64,000 nucleotides of DNA from Candidatus Poribacteria bacterium (GTDB lineage: Bacteria; Poribacteria; WGA-4E; WGA-3G). A model generated the notes under the pieces. The model was not told the origin of the DNA. It did no database searches and saw only the letters and a program-made list of their open reading frames with translations. The position numbers and the translations under genes were made by a program. Positions within the stretch are counted from its first letter, which is position 1. Each line of letters begins with the position of its first letter. Positions 60,192 through 64,000 of this stretch are shown one piece after another. The DNA lies in the NCBI GenBank assembly GCA_964291315.2, contig OZ219753.1, positions 1,696,001 to 1,760,000 on the forward strand, in the 5' to 3' direction.

Positions 60192-61109
60192 ATGTATATC
60201 ATCGGAATTGATGCAGGCGGAACCAAAACTGCGGGAATCCTCGCAACAAAAACAGGGCATCAGATCACACAAGCACAATCAGGACCTGCAAACTATCACG
60301 TAGTTGGCGAAACACAGACCCTAGAAGTTTTGGACACCCTCATCGGACAACTTTGCGAAAAAGCAGACGTTTCAAGAACAAGCCCTATTTGCTTCTGTTT
60401 AGGAATGGCAGGCCTGGGGCGCACTACAGATCAACAAATCATCGGCACGATTTGCGATAAACTCGGCATCACCAAAAACCGAATATTGACACACGATGCA
60501 CATATCGCACTCATTGGGGGAACAGAGAAACAGAAAGGCGTAATTGTCATCTCTGGAACAGGTGCTATCGTTTACGGTACCAACCCCGAAGGCACAGAAG
60601 CACGCGCAAGCGGTTGGGGCTACCTCCTCGGAGATGAAGGCAGTGGGTATGATATTGCTATAAAAGCACTCCGAGCTGTCGCCCGCGCCGCTGACGGCAG
60701 AGACACTCCGACAGAATTAACAAGCCGCATCCTTAATAGACTCACATTAAACGAACCAAGTGACTTGATCCCTTGGGCACACACCGCGAACCGAGATACG
60801 ATCGCCCACTTGGCAGAAACTGTGTTTGACACCGCACAAACAATGGACAGCGTCGCAAAACGAATTATTAACGAGGCTGCTGATGAACTCGTTTGTGCTG
60901 CAAGGAGTGTGATCCAACAGCTAAAATTTGACGCACCGTTCGAGATTATTCTCAGTGGAGGCAATCTCATCCATCAACCCATGTTCGCTGACAAACTCCG
61001 CCACCGGTTTGCAAGGGTACAACCAGAGGCCTCCGTGCGCCTTCCGAGCCGCGAACCGGCTTACGGCGCAGTATTATTGGCACAAGCCACATTAGAGAAA
61101 GTACCGTGA
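60192..61109 (+). CDS. BadF-type ATPase / N-acetylglucosamine kinase-like
   Basis: GIDAGGTKT, GPAN, ISGTG, GWGYLLGDEGSG, SGG. Confidence 0.9.
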   Translation: MYIIGIDAGGTKTAGILATKTGHQITQAQSGPANYHVVGETQTLEVLDTLIGQLCEKADVSRTSPICFCLGMAGLGRTTDQQIIGTICDKLGITKNRILTHDAHIALIGGTEKQKGVIVISGTGAIVYGTNPEGTEARASGWGYLLGDEGSGYDIAIKALRAVARAADGRDTPTELTSRILNRLTLNEPSDLIPWAHTANRDTIAHLAETVFDTAQTMDSVAKRIINEAADELVCAARSVIQQLKFDAPFEIILSGGNLIHQPMFADKLRHRFARVQPEASVRLPSREPAYGAVLLAQATLEKVP

Positions 61110-61181
61110 GGCGGCTACAGATGAGATGTAAAGAGAAAACTTGTCTATTTCAAGGAATCAGCGTTTTTTAACGAATCTTCC

Positions 61182-61259
61182 ATGTACGAAAACCGAACGT
61201 TAGTCCGCAGTACCAACCTCATCATTTCGGACTTGACGAACTGCGGTATGTCATATTAG
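61182..61259 (+). pseudogene. 25-codon relic of a DNA methyltransferase 5' end
   Basis: MYENRTLVRSTNL versus MYQNRTLVRADNL of the 45489 MTase. Confidence 0.55.
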
Positions 61260-61291
61260 CTTATAGCAAAACACGGTAAACGGAGCCCACA

Positions 61292-62767
61292 ATGAACTTT
61301 GAGAATCGAACGCTTTTTATTGCTGATAATCTTGAGATTATGCGGGGTATGGATTCAGATACAGTTGACCTGATTTATCTCGATCCGCCGTTTAAATCGG
61401 GAAAACAGTGGAGAGCACCGATCGGTTCACCAGCAGAGGGCGCGGAATTCAAGGACATCTGGACCGATGCAGACATTAAAGATGAATGGCACGGGCAAAT
61501 CGCTGCCGAACACGAGGAACTTTATCAGATTATTCAGGCATCTGAAGCTGTTTATGACACGTCTATGAAGATATACCTAACCGCAATGGCAGTTAGGTTG
61601 TTTGAAATGCACCGCATTTTGAAGCCAACAGGTAGCATCTATCTACACTGTGATCCGACTGCCAGTCATTATCTGAAAGCCGCGATGGACTCGCTGTTCG
61701 GAAGTAATAACTTTCGGAATGAGGTGATTTGGAAGCGGACATCGACGAAATCGCTGGCAAAACGTTACGCAACGAACACCGACAGAATTCTTTACTATAT
61801 CAAGTCTAATAAGGCAACTTGGAATCAACAATATGCTCCATATGACGATGAATATATACGAAAGGCGTTTCGAAGCCGGGACAAACACGGTAAATACGGA
61901 ACTGCTGATTTATCGGGCGGAAAAGCAGGCAGCCGAAGAGCTTATATGCCGTTGAAAGGCATCGAACCTCCTCCCGGGCGGGCATGGGCACCACCCACTC
62001 GCAACAAATTTCCTGCTTCTGCCCAAGTACTTTTGCCTAATAACTATGAAGATCTCGACCCACTCGCAAAATGTGAAGCCCTTGATAATGCAGACCTGCT
62101 GCACTGGCCCAAAGGTAAAATAGGCAGACCACAGTGGAAGAAATATTTATCTGCGATGCTAGGAGTTGTAGCAAGTGACTTGCTCCTTGATATTCCGCCT
62201 GTAAAGGGTAAGGAAGATACTGGCTATCCGACACAGAAGCCCCTCGCCCTCTTAGAACGCATCATCAAAACGTCATCAAACGAGGGAGACATGGTATTGG
62301 ACCCGTTCTGTGGGTGTGCTACGGCGTGTGTGGCAGCAGAACGTTTACATCGACAATGGGTTGGCATAGATATCTCACCAGATGCCGAAGACATCACCGT
62401 GTTGCGGTTGTCGGATGAGGTAGACGAATCCTCTAATTTATTCAAACCGTTGACAGATGTGATTGTTCGCAAGGACGCACCAGAACGGACAGATAATGCT
62501 GAGGAGATAGCCGTTCAGAAGCGTTTACCCAGATACCAAACACACAAACCGGCATTATTTGGTAGGCAGCACGGCAAATGCAATGGGTGCCAATATCCGT
62601 TCCATTTTCGCAACTTGACGGTAGACCATATCAAGCCGCAAAGCAAAGGCGGAACTGACCATATGCAGAAACTACAACTGCTTTGTGCAACGTGCAATTC
62701 AACAAAAGGTAATGGCACACAGGCAGAGCTAATTTCACCTTTGAAGGAACAAGGGGTGCTGAAATAG
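61292..62767 (+). CDS. Beta-class DNA methyltransferase fused to a C-terminal HNH endonuclease domain
   Basis: YLDPPFKS, YPTQKP, DPFCGCAT; CNGC...VDHIKPQSKGG..H..KLQLLCATCNSTKG. Confidence 0.9.
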   Translation: MNFENRTLFIADNLEIMRGMDSDTVDLIYLDPPFKSGKQWRAPIGSPAEGAEFKDIWTDADIKDEWHGQIAAEHEELYQIIQASEAVYDTSMKIYLTAMAVRLFEMHRILKPTGSIYLHCDPTASHYLKAAMDSLFGSNNFRNEVIWKRTSTKSLAKRYATNTDRILYYIKSNKATWNQQYAPYDDEYIRKAFRSRDKHGKYGTADLSGGKAGSRRAYMPLKGIEPPPGRAWAPPTRNKFPASAQVLLPNNYEDLDPLAKCEALDNADLLHWPKGKIGRPQWKKYLSAMLGVVASDLLLDIPPVKGKEDTGYPTQKPLALLERIIKTSSNEGDMVLDPFCGCATACVAAERLHRQWVGIDISPDAEDITVLRLSDEVDESSNLFKPLTDVIVRKDAPERTDNAEEIAVQKRLPRYQTHKPALFGRQHGKCNGCQYPFHFRNLTVDHIKPQSKGGTDHMQKLQLLCATCNSTKGNGTQAELISPLKEQGVLK

Positions 62768-62898
62768 CTAGGATACGGATCACCTTCTCCAGCAATCCAT
62801 AGTATTGTTGAATCAACTCATTGTAGGGGAGTATACCCAATGATGAGCTTGCCCGGCAGAACTTCCACTTATACCTCCCTGTTTCTCTCCCTATTCCC

Positions 62899-63285
62899 TT
62901 AAGAGTGTTTCCCACCGATCAAAATGAGGAACGCACTATCCTCGTTGGCATAGACAGAGTGTAGGATGTCTTCCGTGAAGGTAACCCCGTCGCCTTGTTC
63001 CAACGTTATTTTATCAGCGCTTGTTGTAAATACGATGCTGCCGCTAAGCGTAAGAACAGCAGCTGCGGTTGGGGCTTTATGGTCGGCTAATGTAGAACCC
63101 TTCTTTAGGGCAAGCAAGACGATTGTTAGGTCATTCCCTCGAGCCAGTGTCAGCGAGGCTCGCCCTGATGTGGCAACCGAGGCTTCTTCCATAAGATTTT
63201 CAGCCATTTCCGTAAACGGAAACGCTTTGATCAACGAGCTATCTAGGTCTGCAGGTCTATACGGTCTATGGAACGATCTATTCAT
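62899..63285 (-). CDS. Cupin domain protein
   Basis: L..G..L.DH.AP, LSG.I.F, L..GD......ILHSV.A.EDS. Confidence 0.8.
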   Translation of the reverse strand: MNRSFHRPYRPADLDSSLIKAFPFTEMAENLMEEASVATSGRASLTLARGNDLTIVLLALKKGSTLADHKAPTAAAVLTLSGSIVFTTSADKITLEQGDGVTFTEDILHSVYANEDSAFLILIGGKHS

Positions 63286-63332
63286 TGTAATCCTCTATTC
63301 TATTAGTCAGTGTTAGTTAATACAGTGAACTA

Positions 63333-64000
63333 TTATAACCCGATCGGCAATTCTAAGCCAGAAGGAAAGACCGTCAGAGGTTTCGCTGCTCCATCCGAAA
63401 TATGGAAGGTATCTTCTAATCGCACACCCCCCGTTCCAGGCACAGAAAGAACCGGATGCCCAACTGTTACTGTCATTCCCTCACGAATCTGAATGCCTGA
63501 ATCCCCCGGGTGGATGGTCGGTGCCGGTGTTTCCTCGAAACCGAGTCCAATACTATGGCTGATCCCCGCAACGTAGAATTCCCCGTAGCCGTTTTCAGTG
63601 AAAACTTTCTTGGCGGCTGTATCTATATCTCGCATTTTTGCCCCGGGTTTTAAAGCATCTCTCCCTGCAGATTGTGCTCTTTTGTAAGTCGCAAACATCT
63701 CTTCCTGTTTTGCCGAGGGGGCCCCAACAACGAAAGTCCGGCAGAGGTTCGCACAATACCCTTTATGACGAGGCACTAAATCGAGGACAACGAGATCCCC
63801 CTCTTCAACCACTTTGTCAGAAGCCGTTCCGTGCAGCCACCCCGACCGAATCCCTGAATTCACGAAAACAGGCGTCGCGACACCATGGCCGCCTGCTTTT
63901 CGCATCGCATATTCTACCTCGGCCGCAACCTCATTCTCCGTAATACCCGGCCTGATTGTCTTAACCGCTGCTTCCATACCGATACCGGCTATCTCTGCCG
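63333..64000 (-). CDS. M24 family Xaa-Pro aminopeptidase (5' end outside the window)
   Basis: IRPGITENEVAA, LHG, DLV.LD, YCANLCRT, HSIGL, GGVRLEDT. Confidence 0.88.
   Translation of the reverse strand, partial: AEIAGIGMEAAVKTIRPGITENEVAAEVEYAMRKAGGHGVATPVFVNSGIRSGWLHGTASDKVVEEGDLVVLDLVPRHKGYCANLCRTFVVGAPSAKQEEMFATYKRAQSAGRDALKPGAKMRDIDTAAKKVFTENGYGEFYVAGISHSIGLGFEETPAPTIHPGDSGIQIREGMTVTVGHPVLSVPGTGGVRLEDTFHISDGAAKPLTVFPSGLELPIGL

Noticed and set aside
62770-62880. Short minus-strand reading with a good RBS (MEVLPGKLIIGYTPLQ*)
   Set aside because: Only 16 codons; cannot be assigned, possibly a gene stump truncated by the MTase-HNH arrival
1-64000. tRNA/rRNA genes, CRISPR arrays, prophage or integrase, and the many antisense ORFs in the track
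   Set aside because: No supporting signatures were seen; the antisense and nested ORFs overlap well-supported genes and lack motifs

Overview
Bacterial chromosomal window of roughly 48-50% GC (estimated by eye). The gene content points to Candidatus Poribacteria, a sponge-symbiont lineage. This is an inference from the LamG and lamin-tail secreted proteins that share a 'K(L/F)(T/A)T(T/R)W' tail, the internalin-type LRR proteins with FlgD-Ig/T9SS-like tails, and the WD40, TPR and YCF48 repeat proteins. Housekeeping genes are purN, clpB, trpA, thyX, mtnP, argS and an rfbA-like gene. They are interspersed with secreted multidomain proteins, an ECF sigma/anti-sigma/double-vWA cluster, three DNA methyltransferase genes (Type III Mod, MTase-Mrr fusion, MTase-HNH fusion) and decayed mobile DNA. 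The mobile DNA comprises an internally deleted IS200/IS605 (TnpB) element and an IS982 relic with miniature derivatives. No rRNA, tRNA or CRISPR array was seen. Main leads: (1) adjacent LRR-dockerin and cytochrome c-LRR-cohesin genes that could form a non-cellulosomal docked complex; (2) a candidate C-terminal sorting motif on five secreted proteins of two unrelated folds; (3) a TnpB mini-element that keeps both ends, a TTGAT target motif and a hybrid promoter; (4) a G8-tract frameshift in the mod gene. Four single-base frameshifts occur in the window, so sequencing error is a real alternative for the mod observation. All family assignments were made by eye from motifs; no database searches were run.
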